A DNA stretch of 64,000 bases, filler included, from Octopus bimaculoides (Eukaryota): NCBI RefSeq assembly GCF_001194135.2. It is 6 parts of 5 records of this genome, joined end to end, with 100 filler letters (N's around TTAATTAATTAA, not from the genome) between each part and the next. Parts side by side here need not be neighbours in the genome. Positions count along the whole stretch, not along the records: positions 50,729 to 56,985 come from NC_068989.1; positions 57,086 to 62,433 come from NC_068983.1; positions 62,534 to 64,000 come from NW_026393027.1; 3 more parts are not named here. The stretch is one strand, 5' to 3'. Every line of letters begins with the position of its first letter. Position 1 is the first letter of the stretch. Of this stretch, positions 52,401-64,000 are shown piece by piece. Both the position numbers and the translations under genes were made by a program. The notes below the pieces were generated by a model. It ran no database searches, was not told the origin of the DNA, and saw only the letters and a program-made list of their open reading frames with translations.

Positions 52401-54162
52401 TTGGCAATAAGGAAGGCGAAATGACCAGGAAAATTTAATTAATTTCTATTATCTTGTCACTTTTGGTTCCTTCCCTTGTGTAGTCGATAAAATAATCACC
52501 AATCTTGTAATGGGATCGAACTAGTCAACTGTCTGGCCTAGATTTAATATAAGATATATTAATGCTAGTAGGTAACATGCAATTAAGAAAGCGTGTCTCC
52601 TTAGTTATTTTATATTTTTTCTTGTCATATCTTTTGCAGTCTCTCTCTCACTTTTCTTTCTCTCTCTCCCCCTCTCTCTCCTATATATATATANNNNNNN
52701 NNNNNNNNNNNNNNNNNNNNNNNNNNNNNNNNNNNNNNNNNNNNNNNNNNNNNNNNNNNNNNNNNNNNNNNNNNNNNNNNNNNNNNNNNNNNNNNNNNNN
52801 NNNNNNNNNNNNNNNNNNNNNNNNNNNNNNNNNNNNNNNNNNNNNNNNNNNNNNNNNNNNNNNNNNNNNNNNNNNNNNNNNNNNNNNNNNNNNNNNNNNN
52901 NNNNNNNNNNNNNNNNNNNNNNNNNNNNNNNNNNNNNNNNNNNNNNNNNNNNNNNNNNNNNNNNNNNNNNNNGTTCATCCGATCAGACTGAAATTTTAAA
53001 CATGGATACATGAGAAAGCGGGGTGTTCCGTAATCTAAGAAGATCTTCAAAATTGTTAGTTTCAAAGTGAAAATCGTTATTTTTGTAGTCTTTTTGTCCT
53101 GCCATTAAAAGCAACCAGTTGCTCAGACAGCTGGCACATACCATTTCGCTAGCAACAAGGCGAGTACAGAATGACAGTCACCCAAAACCGTCGCTATGCT
53201 GTCTCTCTTATGACGTCCAATTCCACTTGAAGTTGTATATATATTGTGTTAAGATTCGTTATCAATCAATTATCCTTATTGAGAAGAAACAGTCAAAAGT
53301 AATCACCACATACAGTCACCAAACATCACCACTACGTAACTCCGTCCAAGTTAACCCACTTCACCTTTACATCTGACATGAAAATCTACGAGGAAAACAA
53401 AAAAGAGAAAAATTAATTGCTATTAAAACGCGTAAAATTTTGGGGCTAATAATCTTAATCTTTAGTTACAGTTTGCCATTCAAACTACAAATTAAGACAG
53501 TAGGGTATTTTGAGGGAGATTTGGCTGCTATTTCTACCAGGTCTAGCTACCATGTAGAGATTATTGGCTTATACATACATATATACATAAAATCGAAATA
53601 AAATACTTAAAGCAACAGGCGTCAAATACAAAAGCCAAGGTCCATACAATATCATGGGTCCCCCAAAATTCCAACTTCTTGNNNNNNNNNNATATATTTA
53701 TATATAAGTTAATTTCTATTCACATATTTGCATTTCAAAAATTTAACATAATCTTTTCCATAAATCAACTATCGTAAACATTTTGTACGATGACGTCACA
53801 TTTTCTATATGTGTGTGTACCTTAAAAAACATCGATCATCATGACACACATCCTCACTCACTCAGTCTATCTCTCTTTCTCACCCTCTTTCCCTCTCACA
53901 TACACATGCGCACGCGCACGCACACGCAGACGCACACACACACGCGCATGCACACGCGCACATACACACGCATGCTACACACACACACACACACACACGC
54001 GTCCACTTTATATAGACGTACATACATACATCTTTCACTTGCTCTTTCAATTTCTGCTCTCTTCAAATAAATTTTTACGGATAGAACTGCTTACAAAAAT
54101 AAGCGCTAATGTATAATTTCTTTTTATGTTCATAATTTTTTGTTCACAATATTGGAAAAAAT

Positions 54163-54600
54163 ATGCCCCCAAAGAAAAGACGTAATCTCTCCAGAAACAA
54201 GTATAAAGCAAGGATTGTAGAAAACCGAAGGTGAGAGTCTAAAGAGAGAAGCTAGGTGAGATTTTCTCAAGATCAGAAAATGCATGTTGCAGCACGTAAT
54301 GCTGGATCATTAAATCAATGTTTTAATGATTAGACAGAAGTCCAATAGAATAGCTCTCAGAAACAAACTACGTACAAATTCGTTTTTCACAACTCCTGAA
54401 GCTGTTTTCAGACATGATCCATCCCATTCTTATAAAAATAATTACTCTGTCCAAATTGGTGTGCTAAACTCAAATTGTTTTTTCTGTAGAACTTTAAAAT
54501 TTTCAAATGAAACAAATAATATGTGCTGCTCAGGTGGTCAGGTAACATTGCCAGCACTACCACCTCCTTCTCAACCTCTTATGGATCTTCCAGAAAGCAA
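54163..54600 (+). pseudogene. Helitron Rep/helicase N-terminal remnant
   Basis: MPPKKRRNL start. RHDP..Y....VQIGVLNSNCFFCRTLKFSNETNNMCCSGGQVTLPALPPPSQPL matches the Helitron N-terminal Cys motif. Confidence 0.85.
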
Positions 54601-54892
54601 CTTTTCGAGTCGAAATTGGGTGATTTGTACCAACGAGATAGTGAAAATCTTGTTGAACGTTCGGAAGAAGTTGTAAACAAGGGTGAATACATTATTAATT
54701 AATTAGCTGTTATTTTTTTTTATTAAACCTTTTAAAGAATTTAAATAAAAAAAACGGCGGGAACTTAGTTGCCAACTTAATATATATATATGTATACTTC
54801 CAATTCTTTCGTTTTAGTCCGATTTTATCATTTTTATTTTCCTGAATTAGCTCTTAGTTTTTCAACTAAAGGTTAACACATCAACACACATG

Positions 54893-54935
<43 letters not shown>

Positions 54936-55539
54936 GCACGCGCGCGCGCATACTTACAAGTCATAAAAGCCAGGAGGTATGAGAGATGAATATATATTTG
55001 TTTTGCCACATGACATCCTTAGGAGTATGACTGTTTCGCAAGTTTCGTCTTCATGTAGTTATCATCAATTTCAGCGTGGAAAAATTATACTCACATATCT
55101 GCATTAATATGTTTGCTCTACATTGTACAATATGATTGTATATTTGAGAATCAATGAAAGTAAAGAAAGTCAGCTCATGAAATTACCAAGAACATCATGA
55201 TTACATCGACGAAATTGTGTGACTCTTGCAGCATTATAGGCCATTAGGCAAATCACTGCACTGGGCTCTATAGTATTTATTTATTGACAGCAGGCCACAT
55301 CATACAAAGATCAGGATTGGACCGTTAGACCTATGAGGCTCCAGGACAACTGTTTTGTGCCGATGCTTAGTATTAAAAACGTCAGCTGATGAAATGGGTT
55401 TATATGTATGCTTGACTTTTTCTCTCCTTTAATTGTCGTACATGTCAGTTAACATTACTTTGGTAAGCATTCAAACAATATACACACACATACACACATG
55501 TACTTATATACACAAGTACGCACTCACGCATATATATAT

Positions 55540-55590
<51 letters not shown>

Positions 55591-55998
55591 GAGAGATAGT
55601 GATAAAAATAGAGACATGCATATATATATATATATATATATATNNNNNNNNNNNNNNNNNNNNNNNNNNNNNNNNNNNNNNNNNNNNNNNNNNNNNNNNN
55701 NNNNNNNNNNNNNNNNNNNNNNNNNNNNNNNNNNNNNNNNNNNNNNNNNNNNNNNNNNNNNNNNNNNNNNNNNNNNNNNNNNNNNNNNNNNNNNNNNNNN
55801 NNNNNNNNNNNNNNNNNNNNNNNNNNNNNNNNNNNNNNNNNNNNNNNNNNNNNNNNNNNNNNNNNNNNNNNNNNNNNNNNNNNNNNNNNNNNNNNNNNNN
55901 NNNNNNNNNNNNNNNNNNNNNNNNNNNNNNNNNNNNNNNNNNNNNNNNNNNNNNNNNNNNNNNNNNNNNNNNNNNNNNNNNNNNNNNNNNNNNNNNNN

Positions 55999-56048
<50 letters not shown>

Positions 56049-56588
56049 TGTAACGCGGTAGTGTAGAACAATGGTTAAAAAATCCTGTGTTCGACACTTC
56101 TGCGGGAAGTCTTGGAGGATCTTTATTTTCTATAGCCTCGAGTTGAACTCTACATTGTGAGTGGAACTGAAATTGGATGGAGGCATTATATAGAAACCTG
56201 TCTGATGTACTATATCTGTAATTCAAATGTACAACTCTATTGCATACTCTCTCACACTTATCCTGCAGAACAAGTATGTGGAGTACTCAGCTACTTCCTC
56301 GTTAATTCAGGAAGACCATTCCATTTCTAGATGTATGTATATGTTCGTATATATATATATGTGTGAGTGTGTGTGTGCGTGTGTGTATGTGTGTGTGTAT
56401 ACATACACACAGGCATATATATATGTACACATATATATATATATATAAATATAAATATATGAATATACATATATATATGAATATAAATACACACACATAT
56501 ACATATTTACACACATACAAACATATATGTATATGCATGTAGGAGTGGCTGTGTGGTAAGAGAACGCATGTTATTGCTGCATACTTTA

Positions 56589-56672
56589 TTCCGACATATG
56601 TTTCGAAGAATTACAATTTATGCGATCCATAGGAATCGGCGATGTCAAATGTGTAAACTTCTCCTCAGGGAA
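56589..56672 (-). ncRNA. Type I hammerhead ribozyme with palindromic minimal stem III (Penelope pLTR type)
   Basis: UUCC-CUGAGGA-GAAG-[49 nt]-CUUC-GAAA-CAUAUGU-C-GGAA; core and helices I, II and III all pair; AAUAAA follows immediately. Confidence 0.75.
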
Positions 56673-57104
56673 ATGCATGGGAATCATCTTAAACGTAAGA
56701 CATTATGACCGAGTATGATAACTATAGTTGGATAAGGTTATGACGTGATTCATTTGAAAAAACCGTTAGAGATTTGGACGCTACCAGATAGTGGGTTGGA
56801 CAAAACATACATAAGCTGGTAAACACGTTCATAGAAAATTCTTACAGATATAAACATTGGCAACAACATGTATTTTCAGCATTTAAATAACAATCACTGT
56901 TTTGACAAAACGCTATCATATTAACACGTAATATGTGAGTTCATCAAATAGTTCTAGTAAAACATGTTATTAATTCCCTCACATANNNNNNNNNNNNNNN
57001 NNNNNNNNNNNNNNNNNNNNNNNNNNNNNTTAATTAATTAANNNNNNNNNNNNNNNNNNNNNNNNNNNNNNNNNNNNNNNNNNNNATATATATATATATA
57101 TATA

Positions 57105-57260
57105 CTAACTGAATTACCCGGTACTACCCGGAAAAGCGGGGGTTATTTCCAGTTCCCGTTCCCATTACACTGTTTCATGTCCTATCCCGTTCCCTGTTCA
57201 TTTCCCGTTTAAATTACAAATAGATTTACAAATACACCGTGTCGTGGGACAGATTTACAA
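57105..57260 (+). mobile_element. Non-autonomous Helitron/Helentron-like 5' end
   Basis: TACTAACTGAATTACCCGGTACTACCCGG start and short internal repeats; family assignment from recall. Confidence 0.4.
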
Positions 57261-58279
57261 ATACTGGCAAGTAATACAGTTGAATCATAAAATTGATTGA
57301 TTGTAATGGTAAGGTAATATCAAAGTTGAACTGGTGGATGGTTGGACGGATGAGAGGATTGACGATGTGCGACTATGAAGGAATTGATTGAGGGCTGATT
57401 ACTATCAATTTTACAGAGCCTCTTGATATACTACATTTTTGATCTTGCTCTCTGGAGCATAAATAAATAAATGATTTGGTTTGCCGACTCTTGAGCATCC
57501 TACATACAGTTGGCCATGGGAAAAAAACTGGTTCAGAGACCTATCTGTCGGGAAAGGCATGGTCTGACATGGAATAAACAGAAATTTATATAAGATTATT
57601 ATTATTGTAAAAATTGCCCTACAACGACGGGCTATTCATCTATGGAAAAAAATGAAAGACATTATCTTTAGTTTTATTGTTTCAGTAAAGTTTTAATAAA
57701 TCTTAATACGGTGATTTGAAAGCAAATATAAAAACAGTTTGCCTTTCACTTGTTAGTTTTACATCTGTTGTTAGAGATGTAAAAGTTTTGGCTGAGCAGA
57801 CGATAGTTAATTCACTAAAGCGTATGCGTTAACTGATAGGTAAAAATTCAGTAAACACATTCTCTCTCTCTCTCCTCTCTTTCTCTCTATCTCTATCTCT
57901 CCCTCTCCTCTCTATCTCTCTCTATCTCTCTTTCTCTCTCTCTCTCTTACTCTCTCTCTCTCTCTCTCTCTCTGCTGCTGCTCAGTCCCTATCTCGCCCA
58001 CTCTCTCTATCTCTTTTTGTTTCCACCCCTTCTCTGATATCAGTCACCCTCATTATATAAACCATCACGTTCATCTCAACCTAACACGTTTGTACCCTTC
58101 TCATTTTATCATATAATAGCCCAACCCCCGTACGAGGCCCACTAGCGATTTTTATTGAAATCAAATTAGCCTATAATTTAACTGGATATTAGTTTAACAT
58201 GTACGCAAACTTTCGTGAAGGTTGGTTCGCTGATTTAGACAATGAGATGGTAACAGACAGAAATTGCCATCTATATATA

Positions 58280-58313
<34 letters not shown>

Positions 58314-58461
58314 NNNNNNNNNNATATATACACACACACACACACACACACATATACATACATACACATACATATATACGTACATACATATACACACACG
58401 CACACATGCACGCATACATAAGCGCGCGTGCGCGCGCACACATACACGCACACATACATAG

Positions 58462-58492
<31 letters not shown>

Positions 58493-58567
58493 ATACAAGT
58501 GGTGGTAGGTTCAGGCAGTAGAGTTGAAAGCAGTGAAGAAACATGTTTGCTTTGATTTCATTGACAG

Positions 58568-58612
58568 AATGTCAACAATGTCGGTCGCTTTCGTTGTTTT
58601 CCGTGTAAACAC
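58568..58612 (+). other. Candidate 45-nt frame-symmetric microexon ([15 protein letters not shown] or [14 protein letters not shown])
   Basis: TTTGATTTCATTGACAG acceptor, GTAAGA donor, CpG-rich unique sequence. Confidence 0.2.
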
Positions 58613-58728
58613 GTAAGACTTCGTCGCATCTCTTTGATCTTTAACTAATGTTGGCCACAAAGGTTAAAGGGTGGGTTTCAAGTCTCAACAAGCTTCTCTT
58701 TGTCTCTATTGTTATTATCATCATATAA

Positions 58729-58950
58729 AGGCGGCGAGCTGGCAGAATCGTTAGCACGCAGGGCGAAATGCTTAGCGGTGTTTCGTCCGTCTTCACGTTC
58801 TAAGTTCAAATTCCACCGAGGTCGACTTTGCCTTTCATCCTTTCGAGGTCGATAAATTAAGTACCAGTGAAACACTGGGTCGATATAACCGACTCATCCC
58901 CTCCCCCAAAATTGACTGCTCTTGTGGCAAAATTTGAAATTGGTATTATT
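58729..58950 (+). mobile_element. SINE family B, full-length reference copy
   Basis: GGCGGCGAGCTGGCAGAATCGTTAGC head, GAGTTC/AAGTTCAAATTCC B-box-like, core, AAATTTGAAA end. Confidence 0.9.
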
Positions 58951-59116
58951 ATTAGTATTATTATCATTATTATTTATTTATTTATGGTTTACTTAGAAAG
59001 GAAGGTATGTACCCATGACATTCACCTACCCATTCTGACTTTCTAATATGGATAGAGTCGATGTTCTGTAGTGCTTGTAATATGTGCATATATTCGTGTG
59101 AGTGTGTGTATATTTA

Positions 59117-59150
<34 letters not shown>

Positions 59151-59259
59151 CGCGTGTGTTGTTATCTCCCCCCTTTCTTAGCTCTCCTGTGTAAACTTTC
59201 TAACTTCCGGTCAGCAGAAGCTATGATAGACCGTTGACCAACACCATTCAAATTTTTTT

Positions 59260-59425
59260 TCTCCGTGTTTTTCTCCTTGTTTTCTCCGTATTCTTTCTGT
59301 TGAAGAGCGTAGCTCGAAACGTTAAAGACTTTCCGTATTCCCGAGCGTCATACTAATACATCCTTTTGTTGTTTACACCACCTGTCCTCGTCGGTTATTG
59401 TTTTTTTTTTCGTACATTCTCCCAT
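59260..59425 (+). mobile_element. Penelope pLTR-like repeat with a degenerate hammerhead motif
   Basis: CTGTTGAA-GAGC-GTA-GCTC-GAAACGTT...GAGCGTC. Confidence 0.45.
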
Positions 59426-59867
59426 ATATATATATACATACATATGTGGTAAATTCTCTTTGTGAGTGTGTTTGTGGAGTTGTTAGCTAACTCCTCCTAC
59501 ATCGTTTTATCGATTTTAATGGAACTTGACACGTGAGTAGAACTCATGTCTGGAAAACTGATGGCATACTCAGATTGTTGAAAAATCGATAATAGGGCCT
59601 CTGGAAGGGATCCGTATATATATCTGTGTCATTTTAACCGCCATGGGAAATAACCCATTCACCCAGATTTTAACAGCCAAGGGAAATAACGCATTCATTT
59701 TCCTAAATCATTTGGTATAAATCAAATTGAGTATGCTTATTTCTTAGTATTTGAAATGTGGCCATGCTGGAGCACCACCAGTGTAATAACCCTTTCAATG
59801 GCCAATTCTATGTGATTGACTTTTGGTGAAGGAGCGAGTTCAACATTACTGCCCTCTTTTGACTCTC

Positions 59868-60290
59868 CTACCTTGGTATCGGTTTATCTGGGACCTTGGA
59901 TAGCAGGAGGTCTGTTTCTCGAAAACGTCTACCCCTACTCCATGAAGACCCCCTCAGATGTTCTGGAAAGACTTTAAATAGTTGTGAGCCCTTGAATCCC
60001 AAGTTATTGCAGTACATGGTCCTCGCAATTGACGGGATAGCTGCGACTTTTAGAAGTGCAGTGACGTCCAGTTCGGGGACTGGTATACCTCTCGATTCCA
60101 AAGTTTGGTACCAGCCCCTCAATGATCTTCCATACATACCTCTCTTCCACTGCATACCTGTACCGTCTTCGTTCCAAGAAAGAGTCGTAGCTCTTTCACT
60201 CTCCCAGTAGCTCAACTATTCCGTTCATGCAATCTTCCTGATGTAACATCACTGAACTGCCTCAAGTTCTGCTATTATTTTGACACTGTA
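59868..60290 (-). pseudogene. CR1 LINE ORF2 C-terminal remnant
   Basis: SYWE.., SIARTMYCNNLGFKGSQLFKVFPEHLR, DLLLSKVPDKP are typical of the CR1 C-terminus. Confidence 0.85.
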
Positions 60291-60958
60291 GGGTAACCAC
60301 AGTTAAGAGCAGTGGTCCAGGCAGCTGAGTACAAATGTCCTCCATAGAAACCCATAGTTTCCTGGGCCCTTCTTCTGAAATATATATATGCGTATGTGTA
60401 TATAGATGTATGTATATATATGCATATGTATATATTCATATACATATGTGTATGTATATATATATGTATATATACATATACATATGTGTATGCATATATA
60501 TATGTATATATACATATACATATGTGTATGCATATATATATGTATATATACATACATATANNNNNNNNNNNNNNNNNNNNNNNNNNNNNNNNNNNNNNNN
60601 NNNNNNNNNNNNNNNNNNNNNNNNNNNNNNNNNNNNNNNNNNNNNNNNNNNNNNNNNNNNNNNNNNNNNNNNNNNNNNNNNNNNNNNNNNNNNNNNNNNN
60701 NNNNNNNNNNNNNNNNNNNNNNNNNNNNNNNNNNNNNNNNNNNNNNNNNNNNNNNNNNNNNNNNNNNNNNNNNNNNNNNNNNNNNNNNNNNNNNNNNNNN
60801 NNNNNNNNNNNNNNNNNNNNNNNNNNNNNNNNNNNNNNNNNNNNNNNNNNNNNNNNNNNNNNNNNNNNNNNNNNNNNNNTATATATACACATATATATGT
60901 GCGTGTTGTATATACATGTGTGCAATGTGTGTGTGTGTGTACGCTTGTATGTATATTT

Positions 60959-61200
60959 GTGGAGGCGCAATGGCCCAGTGGTTAGGGCAGCGGAGTGGTC
61001 AGTCTCGGTCGTGGGATCGCGGTTTCGATTCCCAGACCGGGCGTTGTGAGTGTGTGTCACGCTGAATCTCCCTGAGAACTACGTTAAGGGTACACGTGTC
61101 TGTGGAGTGCTCAGCCACTTGCACGTTAATTTCACGAGCTGGCTGTTCCGTTGATCGGATCAACTGGAACCCTCGTCGTCGTAACCGACGGTGTACCACG
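60959..61200 (+). mobile_element. SINE family C, tail variant 1, core deleted
   Basis: Head joined directly to GTCACGCTGAATCTCCCTGAGAACTACG... Confidence 0.9.
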
Positions 61201-61479
61201 ATATATGTATGTATGTATGTATGTATGTGCGTGAATACATGTAGATGAACGATAAGCATTTTGGGTATACAATCAACTAGCCTACTCATTGAATTAGATT
61301 ATGTAGCTCAGTATCCCGCAGACCAATGTGTACCCTTAATGTAATTCTCGGGTAGAATCAATGTGTGACTCCTTGAACTATAAATACATCCGGCGAGTTC
61401 CATACAGTGTCTATCTACCCAATATCACAAAGATGGTTTAGGTTGGTGAAAGGAAGTAATAAATCCAGTTTATTAGGCG

Positions 61480-61870
61480 CAGGCGTGGTTAAGGCACTCG
61501 CTTCCCAACCACAGGGGTTTTGAGTTCAGTCTCACTACGTGACCCCTGAGGCAAGTGTTTTCTACTATAGTCACATGCCAATCAAAGCCTTGTGAATGGA
61601 TTTGGTAGACGGAAACTGAAAGAAGCCAATCGCGCGTGCGTGTGTGTGTTTGTTTGTTTGTTTGTCTTTGCGTCTATCCTCTCACACAAAGTTTGACTAC
61701 TAGCCTCGGTTTGATTACGTCTCCGTAGCTTAGAGGCTTGACCGAAGAAATCGATAGAATAAAAACCAGGCTTTAAAAACTATGCGCTAAGGGTGATTTG
61801 TTCAATTAAAATCCTTCAAAGGGGTGCCCCAACATAGCCGCAGTCTAATGACTGTAACAAGATAAAAGAC
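61480..61870 (+). mobile_element. SINE family A, diverged full length
   Basis: Colinear with the reference copy. Confidence 0.85.
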
Positions 61871-62533
61871 ATTTTTAAAAATCAGATTAAGTTGGAGTCT
61901 ACTCGGTAATTAAATATCCAGATAAAACGAGAAAAAAAACGAGGCAAAAGACGTTTTTTTAATTGAACAGAGGCGATGAACAAATCAATACAATGTAATA
62001 ATGCTGTGGATGAAAGTTGACGTTTCGAACAATCATCCTTCATCAAGAAGAAAGGTCAATAAAGAAAATTTGGAAGGAAAAAACGGGATACTGGATCAGC
62101 GGTAATACATGCCCACGTTTATGTAAAAAAAAGAAGTCCGAGCCAATGACCCAGCCTGAATATGGTCACTCGACCTTCCAGAAATAGCAGCCAAATTTCC
62201 CTTGAATTACACCTTGTCTTATGTACGTACGTATGTATGCGTTTGTAAGTAATGTGTGTCTACGTATATATGCATGTATGAGCCAATATTTCTTCTTTTC
62301 TACCAGGATTCACAACGACCTCGAACCCACAAGAGTAAACAAGAGAGACAGAGACAGGCAGAAACAAGGAACATGCCTATTTGAATACTATGCAAATATT
62401 CATTTTTAAAACTTTTCATTTAATTTTTTCCAANNNNNNNNNNNNNNNNNNNNNNNNNNNNNNNNNNNNNNNNNNNNTTAATTAATTAANNNNNNNNNNN
62501 NNNNNNNNNNNNNNNNNNNNNNNNNNNNNNNNN

Positions 62534-62569
<36 letters not shown>

Positions 62570-62584
<15 letters not shown>

Positions 62585-62815
62585 ATGTGTTTGTGTGTCT
62601 GTGTTTGTCTCCCCCCCACCCCCCAACATCGCTTGACAACCGATGCTGGTGTGTTTACGTCCCCGTAACTTAGCGGTTCGGCAAAAAGAGACCGATAGAA
62701 TAAGTACTAGGTTTACAAAGAATAAGTCCTGGGGTCGATTTGCTCAACTAAAGGCGGTGCACCAGCATGGCCACAGTCAAATGACTGAAATAAGTAAAAG
62801 AGTAAAGAATATAGA
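62570..62815 (+). mobile_element. SINE family A, 3' half
   Basis: Near-identical to 18300-18510. Confidence 0.9.
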
Positions 62816-63094
62816 TATTTGTGCTGTGGCACAACCAGCAGGATGAAAAATGATCGATGTTAAATGAAGAGAAAGAGGAAAACAGAATCTCAAGTATGGA
62901 TACGGATTCGGAGGGATTAAAAAACAAATTCTTATGATGTTGACTGTAAGGTAGGAAGAGGAAGCGGAGTTTGGGGCTTCCATACATTCCCAAGAATCAT
63001 TTAGTAACAGGAGTAAAAAGTGTAACGCCCTTCTTCATCGAAGCTGGGTGAGGTCCTTGTACAACTTTTACCGATCACTGAAAAATATAAAATT

Positions 63095-63225
63095 CACACA
63101 CACACACACCGAAACTCACACAGAGAAACGCATACACACACAGAAAAACACATACACACACACAGAAACACACACACATAAACACACACACAAACACACA
63201 CAGAGAAACGCATACACACACAGAA

Positions 63226-63266
<41 letters not shown>

Positions 63267-63458
63267 AAAACACACACAGAGAAAATACACACACACACGC
63301 AGAGAAAAACACACACACACACATAAACACACACAGAGAAACACACACAGAGAAACGCATACACACACGAAAAAAAACACACACACCCACACACACAGAG
63401 AAAAACACACACACATAAACACACACAATCACACACAGAGAAACGCATACACACTCAG

Positions 63459-63507
<49 letters not shown>

Positions 63508-63680
63508 AACACACACACATAGACACACACACAATCACACACGGAGAAACGCATACACACACACATAAACACAGACACAAACACACACAGAGAAACGCAT
63601 ACACACACAGAAAAACACATACACACACACAGACACAGAAATACACACAGAGAAACACATACACACACATACACGCGCAG
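63095..63680. repeat. CA-rich minisatellite with recurrent CACAGAGAAACGCATACACAC units
   Basis: Seen directly. Confidence 0.9.
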
Positions 63681-64000
63681 AAAGAAAGTGGGAGAGTAAG
63701 AGAGGCAGAAAGAAAATGAGAGTGAGAGAGAGAGACACACACACAGAGTGAAAGTGAGACAAATACACACACACACAAAGCAACATACATTTATTACCAT
63801 ACATGCATTAACTCCTCTCACACACAAATACGCATATATGCATACACGTATCTGTATATGTGTTGTGTGTATATATATACATACTCACAAAAATATGCAT
63901 AAAGACATACATACAAACATACAAACAAGCTTACATATATATATGTATAAGTGTGTGTGTGTGTGTGTATATATACATACATACACACACACACACACAC

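Overview
AT-rich eukaryotic (animal) scaffold segment with dense microsatellites, many N-gaps and interspersed repeats. The SINE families resemble octopus (Octopus bimaculoides-like) repeats; this is from recall, not a database search. I cannot support any intact multi-exon protein-coding gene. Most ORFs in the track are microsatellite or N-gap artefacts, and the recognisable protein motifs belong to decayed transposons: a near-complete DD34D mariner, a pogo/Tigger, a MULE, a Helitron, a Penelope-like GIY-YIG endonuclease, and RTE, CR1 and RLE-type LINE fragments. At least four SINE families are present, plus several MITEs. The most notable items are small RNA-level structures: an intact-looking type I hammerhead ribozyme (56589-56672, minus), a 5S rRNA-headed SINE sharing its 3' tail with tRNA-SINEs (42490-42670), an 85-nt pre-miRNA-like hairpin (21228-21312), a CCA-ending tRNA-Ala 3' half fused to a repeat (19030-19062), and a candidate first coding exon of an unidentified gene (19754-19893, minus).
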